From an uncultured archaeon (GTDB lineage Archaea > Thermoproteota > Bathyarchaeia > Bathyarchaeales > Bathycorpusculaceae), in NCBI GenBank assembly GCA_963810275.1, contig CAWENF010000022.1:1-64000 (forward strand): a stretch of DNA of 64,000 bases. Reading direction: 5' to 3'. Within the stretch, counting starts at the first letter, position 1; each line of letters begins with the position of its first letter. The position numbers and the translations under genes are program-made. Positions 48,492 to 58,588 of this stretch are shown piece by piece. The notes under the pieces are model-generated. The model was not told the origin of the DNA. It did not search any database and worked only from the letters and a program-made list of their open reading frames with translations.

Positions 48492-50387
48492 TTATTCTCC
48501 TGATTTTTTTTCGAAACATTCAGGAGAAATGTAGTCGCCGTATTTAGCCTGTGATTCAAGTAGGCGTTGACGTTGCAAGTAGAGTACGCCGAAGAGTTCC
48601 AGTGGGGTGTCGGTGACGTTTCCTTGGTAGAATTGCTGTACACGTTCGATTTTAGCCAGGTTTTCCGGTATACGGATAGTGAATTGTTTGATGTAGTCTT
48701 CCTTCAGGTATTCTTTGTTTAGGACTTCCTTGAAGAGTTTCTTAAGGTCTTCATATTTGGGTATGTAGCCTGTAGGTGATTTTATTGCTTCGACCTCGCC
48801 ATGGACACGCAACTCCATCCACTTCACCCAAACGTGTTTGTCTTGTGGACTGTTTAGGTACTTACCGTTATCAACGTCCCGAAGGAAATAGTTCACGCCA
48901 AACACTATGGGTTGCTTTTGAAGTTTAGCACCGAAGTCAAGGTTATTCTGTACGTTTCTGCCAAGCGGAATGCTAATGAAGTCCTGGATGCTCATCATGT
49001 TGATTTCTGGAACGCCTTCCTTGCCGATTGTTGCGAATGTTGTTTCGGTTTCCAGTGATGCACCATAAGCGATTATGCCATGTTCCCAGCTGAAACCCTG
49101 TTGAACGGGTACGTAGGCTCTTGCATCTCTGCCGCCATACATGACGCCGCCCAATTCCACACCGTTGGGGTTGTTGAGTTCAGGGTCACAGTTTTTAAGA
49201 TTTTTAAGTGAGATGGCATAACGTGCGTTTTTGTGGGCTGCGGGAACGTCGTTGCCTGCTTCGTCTTTTTTGCCTTCAAACCACACTCCAGTGAAGTTTA
49301 TGCCGTCTTTTGGCAGTTCTTCGCCCATGCCAAGCCAGTATGGTTTTCCGTCTTTGACTAATATGTTGCTGAATATGATTTCGCCAGGGTGAGTGAGAAC
49401 TTCCCAGATGAGTGCGTCCTCTTTGGCTTTAACATCTTTGATGATACCAAAGATACCTGATTCTACGTTAACCGCGCGGGCTGTGGAGTTGACTTCACGG
49501 ATATAGGCAATATCGTCTCCAAGGATTGTTTCACCAGGCAACATGGCTGTTGAGGTTTTGCCACATGCACTTGGGAAAGCTCCTGCAAAGTAGGTTTTGC
49601 GGTTGTTCGGTCCATAGACGCCCATAAGCAGCATGTGCTCGGCTAACCAGCCTTCACTGCTTGCTTTGCGTATGGCGAGGCGGAAGGCGAGTTTTTTGAA
49701 GCCCACACTGTTACCTGCGTACTGCGTGTTGACGCTGTAGATGGTCTCGTCCATATGATCGATGTATATGCGTTTCTTGTCGTAGTCTACACTGACCATG
49801 TCGCTTGTGAGTTTGCCAGCAGAGTGTAAAACTTTGAGGAACTCAGTCCTGTTTCCTGCCTTAACAAACTGGTCGAACCCGGGTCTGTAGAGCAAAGATT
49901 CGGAATGAGCAACATACCAGGAGTCGGTACATTGCAGGCCTAGGATAGTGAATTCAGAGTCAGGAGGACCCAGAGAGATGAAGCGAACAATCATGGTTTT
50001 GTCCACCATGCTGTTACGCAGCACCCCCATAACTTCTAATAGACCTTCTTGGCGGTCCATCTGGTTTAGTGCCTTGCTTAAGCTTGAGCCTTTTGAGACA
50101 AGGTATTTGGTAGCTTTGCGGTCTCTGCCTTGGTCGTGTTCGCCGTCGAAATGCACAGTGTGTCCTTCGAGTTTAAGAACTGCTCGTTCTTCTTCAGTGC
50201 TGACGGCACATTTGCGCACGTGCTCTAGATCTTCGGTACTATCGCTGCATATGAAGATTTTTGCCGGGTGACAGAGGTCGCTTGCTTTGGCGATGAATTC
50301 ATGCACGTTTGGGTTGTCGATTGAGCTTAATTTTTGGAAGTCCAATGGAGTTAATTTTGGTTGAAGTGCTTCTAAATACGGATTCAT
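48492..50387 (-). CDS. pckG: GTP-dependent phosphoenolpyruvate carboxykinase
   Basis: YAGNS, GWLAEHM, FPSACGKTS, GDDIAY and HKNARY motifs. Confidence 0.94.
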   Translation of the reverse strand: MNPYLEALQPKLTPLDFQKLSSIDNPNVHEFIAKASDLCHPAKIFICSDSTEDLEHVRKCAVSTEEERAVLKLEGHTVHFDGEHDQGRDRKATKYLVSKGSSLSKALNQMDRQEGLLEVMGVLRNSMVDKTMIVRFISLGPPDSEFTILGLQCTDSWYVAHSESLLYRPGFDQFVKAGNRTEFLKVLHSAGKLTSDMVSVDYDKKRIYIDHMDETIYSVNTQYAGNSVGFKKLAFRLAIRKASSEGWLAEHMLLMGVYGPNNRKTYFAGAFPSACGKTSTAMLPGETILGDDIAYIREVNSTARAVNVESGIFGIIKDVKAKEDALIWEVLTHPGEIIFSNILVKDGKPYWLGMGEELPKDGINFTGVWFEGKKDEAGNDVPAAHKNARYAISLKNLKNCDPELNNPNGVELGGVMYGGRDARAYVPVQQGFSWEHGIIAYGASLETETTFATIGKEGVPEINMMSIQDFISIPLGRNVQNNLDFGAKLQKQPIVFGVNYFLRDVDNGKYLNSPQDKHVWVKWMELRVHGEVEAIKSPTGYIPKYEDLKKLFKEVLNKEYLKEDYIKQFTIRIPENLAKIERVQQFYQGNVTDTPLELFGVLYLQRQRLLESQAKYGDYISPECFEKKSGE

Positions 50388-50417
50388 GGGATATTCATTC
50401 CATTCTAGAGTTTCCGC

Positions 50418-51383
50418 TTAGAGTTCATTAACGTTTCCAGGTACACGCGGGAAAGGTTGACATTCGCCTATGTGTTTAACACCTGCTAGCCAACCGACTA
50501 AGCGTTCCATGCCTATACCTCCACCGGCACATGGCAACAAGCGACCTTCCTGAGCCATCTTTATTATAATTGCATAGTTTTCTTTTTTAACTTGGTCCCG
50601 CTCGATTTTCTCTACGATCTTCTTGTATTCCCATTCGCGTTTGGCGCCTGAGAGGCTTTCTCCAAACTGGGGTAGAAACAGGTCATAGTTATCCCATTTG
50701 CCGGTTCCAAAATCTTCGAAGTCATAGAATTCGCGTGGGATGTTGGTTACCCAAACGGGTTCGGTGATTTCTTCTGTGATGCCTGCTTCCCATCCGTCAG
50801 AGCCATATTTGGCTTCAAGGTCTTCGCGGTCATAGACTTTGAATGGTGCTGTTGGTTCCTTTAGTGTGTCGCAGCGGCACAAGGTGGTTAGTTCTTCGCG
50901 CATATCTTTTTTGATGTCTTTAAGTAGCGTGCAGATGGCTTCTTCTACAAGTGCGAATACGTCTTTGGTAGTGGCGTTTGCCATTTCAAAGTCTAACTGG
51001 GTGAATTCGTAGATGTGTCTGCCGGTTTTGGCTCGTTCAGCCTTTTCGATTCTGATGTTTGGTGAGAGTATGAAGAGTTTGGGGTAGGCGGTGGAGGCTG
51101 CTACGAGTTTATGGATGATCATGCTGGCGGTTGTGCGGACGGGTTTGCCGTATATGTCAACTTCAATGCGCTTCTCGATGGAAGCGCCTGGATCAGGCCA
51201 GAGTGGGTCGGTGCTTTGGCTCAAAGCAACAGGGAGGAGCCATTGAAAGCCCTTGTTAGTGTAGGTATTGGTGAGGCTTTTGAGGGTGTAAGTCATAACT
51301 TTGCCTATGCAGGCTTTTCTTTGGATTTCACTTGCCGTTAGTTGGTCTAACGACTTTGGGATTTCTATTTCTGGTGTTGTCAA
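50418..51383 (-). CDS. asnA: Archaeal asparagine synthetase A (AspRS/AsnRS-like, no anticodon domain)
   Basis: STDPLWPDP, SMIIHK, SPNIRIE, HIYEFTQLDFE, SGAKRE and GGGIGMERL; probable start TTG 51383. Confidence 0.9.
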   Translation of the reverse strand: MTTPEIEIPKSLDQLTASEIQRKACIGKVMTYTLKSLTNTYTNKGFQWLLPVALSQSTDPLWPDPGASIEKRIEVDIYGKPVRTTASMIIHKLVAASTAYPKLFILSPNIRIEKAERAKTGRHIYEFTQLDFEMANATTKDVFALVEEAICTLLKDIKKDMREELTTLCRCDTLKEPTAPFKVYDREDLEAKYGSDGWEAGITEEITEPVWVTNIPREFYDFEDFGTGKWDNYDLFLPQFGESLSGAKREWEYKKIVEKIERDQVKKENYAIIIKMAQEGRLLPCAGGGIGMERLVGWLAGVKHIGECQPFPRVPGNVNEL

Positions 51384-51452
51384 GGTAATCACTGTGAAGT
51401 GTTTGGGTAACCCATTGTGCAATGGCGGTAATAAATTTTTTATAATAAAAAA

Positions 51453-51506
51453 TGAAATATTTACAATTACTACAAACTTTTATACTGGAAAGCTGTAATA
51501 TTTACA
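51453..51506. promoter_or_regulatory. Two copies of a 13-bp near-palindromic operator between asnA and the Lrp/AsnC gene
   Basis: TGAAA-TAT-TTACA (51453-51465) and TGTAA-TAT-TTACA (51494-51506), 41 bp apart. Confidence 0.55.
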
Positions 51507-51507
51507 T

Positions 51508-52011
51508 ATGAGCCTTAAACTGGACGAGAAAGACCTCGCGATATTAGTTCTCATCCAAGAGAACAGCAAACTCACTGCCAACCAAATCGCCAAAAAAATC
51601 GGAGCTCCCATAACCACAGTGTTTGCCAAAATTAAACGCATGGAAGAACTCGGCATCATCAAACAATATCGCGCAATGCTCAGTCCAGAAAAACTGGGTT
51701 TAGCCACCTCTGCATTTATTTTAGCCTCAGTCTCTTACCGCGGAAAAGACGACATACCCATAACCCAGCGTGAAGTCGCAGAGGAAATCGCCAAGTACCC
51801 TGAAGTACAGGAAGTACACATCATCACAGGCGACTGGGACCTGCTTATTAAACTGCGGGCTGAAAATGTCGAAGCGGTGGGCAAGTTTGTTGTGGATAAA
51901 CTACGCCACATAAAAGGTTTAGAAAAAACTTTGACGTGCATGGTTTTTGAGACGGTAAAAGAAACCACCAGCCTGCCTCAAGCCCTCAAAAGAGTTCAGC
52001 CTAAACCTTAG
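51508..52011 (+). CDS. Lrp/AsnC-family regulator
   Basis: HTH LDEKDLAIL..IAKKIG..TVFAKIKRMEELGII and RAM domain EVHIITGDWDL. Confidence 0.93.
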   Translation: MSLKLDEKDLAILVLIQENSKLTANQIAKKIGAPITTVFAKIKRMEELGIIKQYRAMLSPEKLGLATSAFILASVSYRGKDDIPITQREVAEEIAKYPEVQEVHIITGDWDLLIKLRAENVEAVGKFVVDKLRHIKGLEKTLTCMVFETVKETTSLPQALKRVQPKP

Positions 52012-52436
52012 GCTTCAGTCTGGTAGTAAAGCAGTGGCAGCGCCAGCAGTACTGTATTTTTGCCTCTGGGTGTGAGGGAGTATTCTACGCGTAGGGGCGG
52101 CCCCGATGTAACTTTTCGGTTTATGTAGCCGCTTGCCTGAAGCATCTTAAGTTTGTCAGATAGCGTTCGACTGTTGACTCCCAGTGTCTTTTTTATTTCG
52201 CCAAACCCGATTTGGTTTTTTAGAATTAGGGTATATAGGATTTCTAGGCTCCATTTTTGGAAGAGTAGGTTGAATGTGTCCTGCAACGATTCGATTTCGT
52301 CTTTGAGTTCTTTTGGGGTGATTTTTTGTTTCTCTATGATTTGGCTAAATGTGAGTTCGACTCCGCGTAGAACTTGTTCCATTTGCGATTCTACTATTTT
52401 TCTGAATTCTGCGCTGAGTGTTAAAGGTTTGCTCAT
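52008..52436 (-). CDS. HxlR-family winged-helix regulator
   Basis: KWSLEIL, FGEIKK, NSRTLSDKLK and PLRVEYSLTPRG. Confidence 0.9.
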   Translation of the reverse strand: MSKPLTLSAEFRKIVESQMEQVLRGVELTFSQIIEKQKITPKELKDEIESLQDTFNLLFQKWSLEILYTLILKNQIGFGEIKKTLGVNSRTLSDKLKMLQASGYINRKVTSGPPLRVEYSLTPRGKNTVLLALPLLYYQTEA

Positions 52437-52481
52437 GGCGATTAAACTCGGTGTGGTTTTGCTCACTTCATAATTTATAAG

Positions 52482-52503
52482 CATTTACTTATACAAGTAA
52501 GTG
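52482..52503. promoter_or_regulatory. Palindromic putative HxlR operator in the divergent promoter
   Basis: TTACTT-ATAC-AAGTAA (52485-52500), extended by the flanking CA/TG. Confidence 0.55.
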
Positions 52504-52539
52504 TAAATAGTAAAGCTCATCAATGGAGAGAGTAAAATA

Positions 52540-53901
52540 ATGGAGAAATTTGACGCTATAATTGTAGGTGCAGGAACAGCAGGATGCCTCGCAGCAAAAA
52601 CCGCGGCGGAAGCAGGCCTAAAAGTAGCCTTAATCGACAAAAAACCTAAAGCCGAAGTAGGCGAAAAAATCTGCGGAGACGCCTTGGGCGATCACCACCT
52701 AAAAACCCTCGGACTCGACATGCCAACCGGCGACGAGTTTGAAGCAAAAATCGACGGCATTAAAATCTACAGCCCAGACGAAAACACCATCTTCACTATC
52801 GCAGACAAGGACTTTGTCGGCCACATCCTAAATCGCCACCTGTTTGGGCAGTGGCTACTAAAAAAAGCCACCGACGCAGGGACCCAGTTTTTTGATAACA
52901 TGAATTTCCGCAGCCCCCTCTTTGAGGGCGGTGCAGTCGCTGGCATTTCAGCTAAAGACATGAAAACCGGCGCAATTTCGGAACTCAGCGGCAAGGTTAC
53001 TGTCGATGCTACCGGTTACTTCGGCATGGTTCGCAAACAGTTGCCACCAGAGTTGGGCATTGATCGAGACATCGACAACGCCGACGTAGAAGCCTGCTAC
53101 CGCGAAATCCGACAACTCAAAGAGGAAACCGAAGACACCCGCTACTGCGAAATCTACCTCAACCAGCAAGCCAGTCCAGGAGGGTATGTGTGGATTTTCC
53201 CCAAAGGCGACGCCAAAGTCAACGTGGGTATTGGCACATGTATGCGTAAAACAGGTTACCCAAACCCCAAGGAGCAGCTTTACAAGACAGTGTTTGCTAA
53301 ACCAATGTTTAAAGACTCCACTGTCGTAACCGGCGGCGCATGGTTTGACCCCGTCCGCAGACCAATCGACAACATGGTTGGCAACGGCGTCATGCTCATC
53401 GGCGACGCGGCATCATTAGTTAACCCTATTCATGGCGGCGGCATCGGCCCGAGCATGCTATCCGGTCACTTTGCAGGCCAGCAAATCGCAGAGGCGTTAA
53501 GCAAGGGTGAACCGACTAAAGCAGCCTTGTGGGGATACAACAAGAAGTACATTAACACCTACGGCAAGAAGCAGGGAACTTTGGACATCTTCAAGATATT
53601 CCTCTTAAGCTGCAGCGATGATGACTTAAACTATGGCATGAACCAGAAACTCATGACCGAAGATGACGTGCTAAAGGCAGGAATGGGGGATGACTTCCAC
53701 CTAAACATCACTGAAACCGCTAAACGGGTTTTCCGCGGCATCAAGAAAGTCGGCTTCCTAAACAAGCTCCATAGCACAGTGGTTATGATGCGGGCGCTAG
53801 GCGCACACTACAATACCTACCCCGAAACCCCCGAAGGCTTCGAAGCATGGCAACAACAAACCATTAAAATAATCGAGGAAAGCAAACAGAAACTCCAATA
53901 A
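52540..53901 (+). CDS. Geranylgeranyl reductase (DGGGPL reductase family)
   Basis: IVGAGTAG, KICGDA, GGYVWIFPKG, NVGIG and GDAA..VNPIHGGGI motifs. Confidence 0.9.
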   Translation: MEKFDAIIVGAGTAGCLAAKTAAEAGLKVALIDKKPKAEVGEKICGDALGDHHLKTLGLDMPTGDEFEAKIDGIKIYSPDENTIFTIADKDFVGHILNRHLFGQWLLKKATDAGTQFFDNMNFRSPLFEGGAVAGISAKDMKTGAISELSGKVTVDATGYFGMVRKQLPPELGIDRDIDNADVEACYREIRQLKEETEDTRYCEIYLNQQASPGGYVWIFPKGDAKVNVGIGTCMRKTGYPNPKEQLYKTVFAKPMFKDSTVVTGGAWFDPVRRPIDNMVGNGVMLIGDAASLVNPIHGGGIGPSMLSGHFAGQQIAEALSKGEPTKAALWGYNKKYINTYGKKQGTLDIFKIFLLSCSDDDLNYGMNQKLMTEDDVLKAGMGDDFHLNITETAKRVFRGIKKVGFLNKLHSTVVMMRALGAHYNTYPETPEGFEAWQQQTIKIIEESKQKLQ

Positions 53902-54345
53902 AACAGTTTTTCTTTTTTTTGTTTTTAGCGATAATTCAGTTGTATATTTAGAAAAACTTCGTGGTATATCAGCTCCTAACTTGCAAGCCAATTAAAGGAA
54001 GGTGCTGATAGCGCAAAAATACCTTTTTTGTGTTGACATGTGTACTCTTGCTCATTCTCAGGGCTAATTTGGCGTTCGACTTAGTCTACCCCAGTCTATA
54101 TGCGTACCCACTAAACAAAGCAGCAAAGGGTTCAAAACTTGGAAATAAGTTTTTGTAGAACCAGCCTCAACCAACAGGCAAACCAACAAGAAGCAGAAAT
54201 TAAAACACAAACATTTACACAAAACCCAAGAAGATTAAGAGTGAGGCAACTCACCCCTTTTTAACTAGGAAAAACAAGAGTATTAAATGTCCTTCTGCAA
54301 AGCTTAAATCCCAATGTTCCCCAGCTATACTGTGGAGATATAGAC

Positions 54346-54708
54346 ATGGTTTACTGTTCACATTGCGGCGCTCAGGTCGCCGATGACGCATATTTCTGCC
54401 CTAAATGCGGCACCAAAACCGAAACTGGAAAAACAGCCAAAGTATTGTACCCCACAGGCGAGCTACAAGACGCCTTCTACCGAGTCGGAACCGAACTGGA
54501 GCGGGCGTTCACTATTGCGGCGCACGAAACACATGCAGCGTTAAAAAAGGCAGGCGAAAACCTCCAAAAAAGCACCTCTGGCCAAACAACCCAAGCTTCC
54601 CAAGATAAAGGTGTAGTCTGCCTTAATTGCGGAGCAAGAAACGTGTCGGGCGCTGTTTTCTGTCATAATTGCGGCAAAAAAATCAACTCCGAAACCCCAA
54701 CCTACTAA
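54346..54708 (+). CDS. Double zinc-ribbon protein
   Basis: CSHCG..FCPKCG at the N-terminus and CLNCG..FCHNCG at the C-terminus. Confidence 0.9.
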   Translation: MVYCSHCGAQVADDAYFCPKCGTKTETGKTAKVLYPTGELQDAFYRVGTELERAFTIAAHETHAALKKAGENLQKSTSGQTTQASQDKGVVCLNCGARNVSGAVFCHNCGKKINSETPTY

Positions 54709-54790
54709 ACAACATAACAGAACTGTTCAAACTCAATCTTTCTTTCACCCAGTAATTTTTTAACCCTGCAGTACATTCTCCCTATGAAAG

Positions 54791-55267
54791 TTGACAAATA
54801 TGGCTAACGGAAAAACGCTGATCGCATACGAAACAAAACAAGGCGCAACCGAAGGTGCAGCAAAAATCATCGCTCAAACCCTTTGCGAAGAGGGTTTTGA
54901 AGTTGATTTAGTAGACCTCAAAAAGCAGGAACTGCCAGACTTAGCAGACTACCAAAACGTTGTCGTTGGAGCGGGCGTTCGCGGAGGCAGAGTTTATGGA
55001 ACAGCACTCAAATTCCTCAAAAACGACTTCACAGGCAAAAAAGTCGCGTTATATACCTCTTCATCCTGGGGTGGCACACCCGGCAGCTACCAAAGCGCAA
55101 TAAAATGGTTCGTTAAAAAAACCATTAACAAATACCCCAATGTAGACTTCGTTTTTTCAGAAGCCTTTGGGGGAAAAATCAAATACTTCAAAAAAACCAT
55201 GCTGGACAACACCGACGCATTCAGAGTTAAAGAGTGGGCGAAAATTCTTGCCGAAAAACTTCATTAG
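54791..55267 (+). CDS. Flavodoxin-domain protein (HemG-like)
   Basis: IAYETKQGAT, VVVGAGV and FGGKI. Confidence 0.82.
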   Translation: MTNMANGKTLIAYETKQGATEGAAKIIAQTLCEEGFEVDLVDLKKQELPDLADYQNVVVGAGVRGGRVYGTALKFLKNDFTGKKVALYTSSSWGGTPGSYQSAIKWFVKKTINKYPNVDFVFSEAFGGKIKYFKKTMLDNTDAFRVKEWAKILAEKLH

Positions 55268-55454
55268 CACCCTAACCAAGGCAGGAGCACTTCTATGTCC
55301 AACATGCTGTGTCGAATACATTGAAGTAGTTTTTGACCTCGAAATAGACGGGGTCGTTTTACATGCCGTGAAAGCCCTTAGGTGTCCACATTGTCAAGCA
55401 GAGGTTTTTACACCAGAACAGCAACAAGCCATCGCAGAAAAACTAGTCAAATAA
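55263..55454 (+). CDS. YgiT/MqsA-type zinc-finger small protein (start codon unclear)
   Basis: CPTC...VLHAVKALRCPHCQAEVFTPEQ; no ATG/GTG/TTG in frame after the upstream gene. Confidence 0.6.
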   Translation: MSTLTKAGALLCPTCCVEYIEVVFDLEIDGVVLHAVKALRCPHCQAEVFTPEQQQAIAEKLVK

Positions 55455-55460
55455 GGCATA

Positions 55461-55826
55461 TCAGAATGTCTGTTTGAGTTTGCCAAATTCTAAAGCTGCT
55501 TTGATTAGGCGCTGCACCACTTCAAATTCACTGTGCTGAATCGTCACATGCGAAGCTGCTTTACAGCTTCCCTTTTTGGCTTGCGTCACTATCCGCTCGA
55601 ATTCGTCTTCCAAAATGCCCTCTGTAAGGGCGGGTTTACCGTTTAGTAGACGCAGGTTACAGTTCAGGCAATATTCGAAATCGAATTTGAGAATGCGGTT
55701 TTTGCTATTGCCTTCGCCGTAGTATCTTAGATCATCGACTATTTTGTCGAATTTTACGTCATCATATTCGATTAGAGTTACTCTGGTTTTTTTGAGTTTG
55801 TGTTCGTGGCACAAAATGAGGGTCAC
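55461..55826 (-). CDS. Hypothetical protein
   Basis: 121-aa ORF containing CHEH and CLNC. Confidence 0.6.
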   Translation of the reverse strand: MTLILCHEHKLKKTRVTLIEYDDVKFDKIVDDLRYYGEGNSKNRILKFDFEYCLNCNLRLLNGKPALTEGILEDEFERIVTQAKKGSCKAASHVTIQHSEFEVVQRLIKAALEFGKLKQTF

Positions 55827-55998
55827 CTTTAGGTTATTGGGCTCTGATTTTATTTAAAGAAAATCAAAGTTTTAACTTGTTATTTTGGTGTTCTCTTTTT
55901 GGAAAGGCGGCAAGCGGCTGCTTTGGAATAGTTTTAATGTAACGTAGTTCTCTATTTAGCATAATAGCTCTGTTTTACTTGTTGTTTTTGGGAATTTT

Positions 55999-57966
55999 AT
56001 GGGCACATGTGAAGAGAAACCGGATAAAAGCCAATTCGGCGAAGAAAGCGAAAACAGGCAGGTATTAGTGGGCTTCGCAGTTTGGCTAGGCGTAACCATT
56101 TTGGTTGCAGGGTTACTAGATCTCTTCGCAGCAGGTGTCCCCTTAACCGCCACAGTTCCGCTACTAAATATTCCATTTACTGTCTCTTTTATTCTCTACT
56201 ACACAGCGATTCTGACTGCAGCCACCTACATCGGCGTGGCTGGCATTAGAGAGTTGGTGTTTGAGCGGCGGTTTAGCGTAGAGTTCCTTATGGCTGTGGC
56301 GGGTTTGGGTGCATTGGCTTTGGACTACCGTTTCGAAGCCGCCACCGTACTTTTTTTGTACTGCCTTGCAGAGTATTTTGAGGGCTATATCCAGAACCGT
56401 GCTAGGCGCACTGTGGAGAAAATCAGCAAAGTTATTCCTGAAAAAGCACGGGTTTTGGCAGATGACAAAGAAGCCGAAGTGGATGTTTCTGAGGTGGCTG
56501 TGGGTTCTTTATTGTTGGTTAAGCCTGGTGAGCGGATTCCTCTTGACGGCAACGTGGTGGAGGGTTTTAGTCATGTGGATCAGGCGTTGGTGACCGGGGA
56601 GTCAGTGCCAGTTCCCAAAAACGTTAACGACTGCGTCTTTGCTGGAACCATGAACTCCAGCGGTGTGCTAAAAATTGAGGTTACTAAAAAAGCATCTGAA
56701 ACTTTAGTTAGTCGTATTGTGCAGTTGGTTGTGGAGTCGCAGAAGCATAAAGCCCAAATTGAGCGTTTGGTGGACCGATTCGCTAAGGTCTATGTGCCTA
56801 TCGTGATTGCTTTGGCGGTTTTCACGGCTGGCGTGTTGCCGTTTTTGTTTCCGCTTGCCGAAGCGAATTTCCAGACGTGGTTTTACCGCTCACTGATTCT
56901 ACTTGTGGTGTCTTGTCCTAGCGCTTTTATTATTTCAGTGCCTGCCACGGTGTTTACGGCCATTACAATCGCAGCTAAGCGTGGCGTCGTAATCAAAGGC
57001 GGAGTTTTCATTGAGAAGCTTGCGCAGGTTAGGCAGGTGGTTTTTGATAAGACGGGCACTTTGACTCTAGGGCGCCAGGCGGTCCATGAAGTACGCAGTG
57101 TAGATGTTGCAACAGCTGAAGATGAAGCCATCGCTTATGCTGCGGCGCTGGACCAGTTTAGCAACCACCCGATTGCAAAGGCTATTGTTCGTAAGGCGAT
57201 TGAGCGTAAAATTGACCTCAGCAAACTCAAGGTAACTGATGTCCTTGAGGTGCCCGGCAAAGGTATAGTCGGCATAGTTAACGGCAAGCAGGTAGCGATA
57301 GGTAACCTTGAATACATGCGGGAGTTAGGCTGCAATTGTGAACGGGCATTTGAGATTTCTTCTGGCGATATTCACACTGCTGTTTGTGTTTCTGTTGCGA
57401 AACAGGGTCTTGCTGCGGTGTGCGTGGTAGATGAAGTCCGAGAGGACGCTCTAAGTTCGGTAAGCCAACTTAAAGCGCAGAATATCAGAACCTCTATGCT
57501 TACGGGCGACAAGGAAGCTATAGCCAAAGACACCGCGCAGTCTATTGGCATTGAGGATGTCCATGCAGAACTGTTTCCTGAGGATAAACTTAGCTGCATT
57601 GAGGACATGAAGGGCAAAGGCGGCTTGGTGGCAATGGTGGGTGACGGCGTAAATGATGCGCCTGCCTTGGCGGCTTCGGACGTGGGGATAGCTCTAGGAG
57701 CCAGGGGGGCGGATGTGGCGTTGGAGTCAGCGGACGTGGTGCTGGTTAAGGATGAGTTGGCACAGATTCCGTACTTGCTTAGGCTTAGTCAGAAAACGAT
57801 GGTTATTGCGAAACAGAATATTGCAGCTTCGCTTGTGATTAAACTGATTTTGGGCGCGTTGGGTTTAATGGGTTTGACGCCTTTGTGGTTTACTGTAGCA
57901 TCGGGTGACGATGGTGTAACAATGCTGCTACTTCTAAACTCATTACGACTCGAACGAGTCAAGTAG
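55999..57966 (+). CDS. Heavy-metal P1B-type ATPase
   Basis: TGES, SCPSA, FDKTGT, NHP, TGD and GDGVNDAPAL motifs. Confidence 0.94.
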   Translation: MGTCEEKPDKSQFGEESENRQVLVGFAVWLGVTILVAGLLDLFAAGVPLTATVPLLNIPFTVSFILYYTAILTAATYIGVAGIRELVFERRFSVEFLMAVAGLGALALDYRFEAATVLFLYCLAEYFEGYIQNRARRTVEKISKVIPEKARVLADDKEAEVDVSEVAVGSLLLVKPGERIPLDGNVVEGFSHVDQALVTGESVPVPKNVNDCVFAGTMNSSGVLKIEVTKKASETLVSRIVQLVVESQKHKAQIERLVDRFAKVYVPIVIALAVFTAGVLPFLFPLAEANFQTWFYRSLILLVVSCPSAFIISVPATVFTAITIAAKRGVVIKGGVFIEKLAQVRQVVFDKTGTLTLGRQAVHEVRSVDVATAEDEAIAYAAALDQFSNHPIAKAIVRKAIERKIDLSKLKVTDVLEVPGKGIVGIVNGKQVAIGNLEYMRELGCNCERAFEISSGDIHTAVCVSVAKQGLAAVCVVDEVREDALSSVSQLKAQNIRTSMLTGDKEAIAKDTAQSIGIEDVHAELFPEDKLSCIEDMKGKGGLVAMVGDGVNDAPALAASDVGIALGARGADVALESADVVLVKDELAQIPYLLRLSQKTMVIAKQNIAASLVIKLILGALGLMGLTPLWFTVASGDDGVTMLLLLNSLRLERVK

Positions 57967-58167
57967 CTCGCTGTTGCTCTACCAATAGATTATCGCCTCT
58001 TATTATACTCGAGCAAATGATGCTGTTTGTTCTTAGAAAACGTGTGGAACACGAAGAGAAAGACGGTAAACCTCAGGGTGAGCCTTGAAGATCAACACAG
58101 AACTGTAGATTTATCCTCATCAGGCTTTAGTATCGGACAACACGGTAGCGTCCATTTGACTGGCGTT

Positions 58168-58530
58168 TTAGCTTTTTTTGCGCTTCTGTAACCCCCCTGA
58201 GCCGCCCGACTTTACATCTAATATGGTTAGCTTCCCATCCTTTTCGCCGAAGAAGTTCCGTTTCTGCACTACAAAGTCGCCGCCCCTCAGTAGCTTCTCG
58301 CAGTCGTTGCCCTGCATGGCTTGGTCAAAGGCAAAACGGTCCTTGGCTATGCTTCCTTTTTGGCGTTTTGCATGGGGGAAACGGCGGTTGGTGCTGCCAA
58401 AGCCGTAGGGTTTGTCTGCGAAGTTGTCTTTGTTCAAGGGGTACCGTTCTCTTGTCAGCAAATGGAGTAGGAGAAATATTAACAGTTTTGCCTCGATAGG
58501 CATTTTGCTATGGAATTCAAGTTTAGTCAA
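58168..58530 (-). pseudogene. Probable degenerate PD-(D/E)xK endonuclease fragment
   Basis: KGSIAKDRF...GGDFVV...LDVKSG resembles motifs I-III with the expected Glu lost; N-terminus looks non-coding. Confidence 0.4.
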
Positions 58531-58588
58531 AAAGGTTAGCTTGAAAACCTTGAGTTTTAAAAAATAAGGTGGGGATTAGTTTTTGCAG

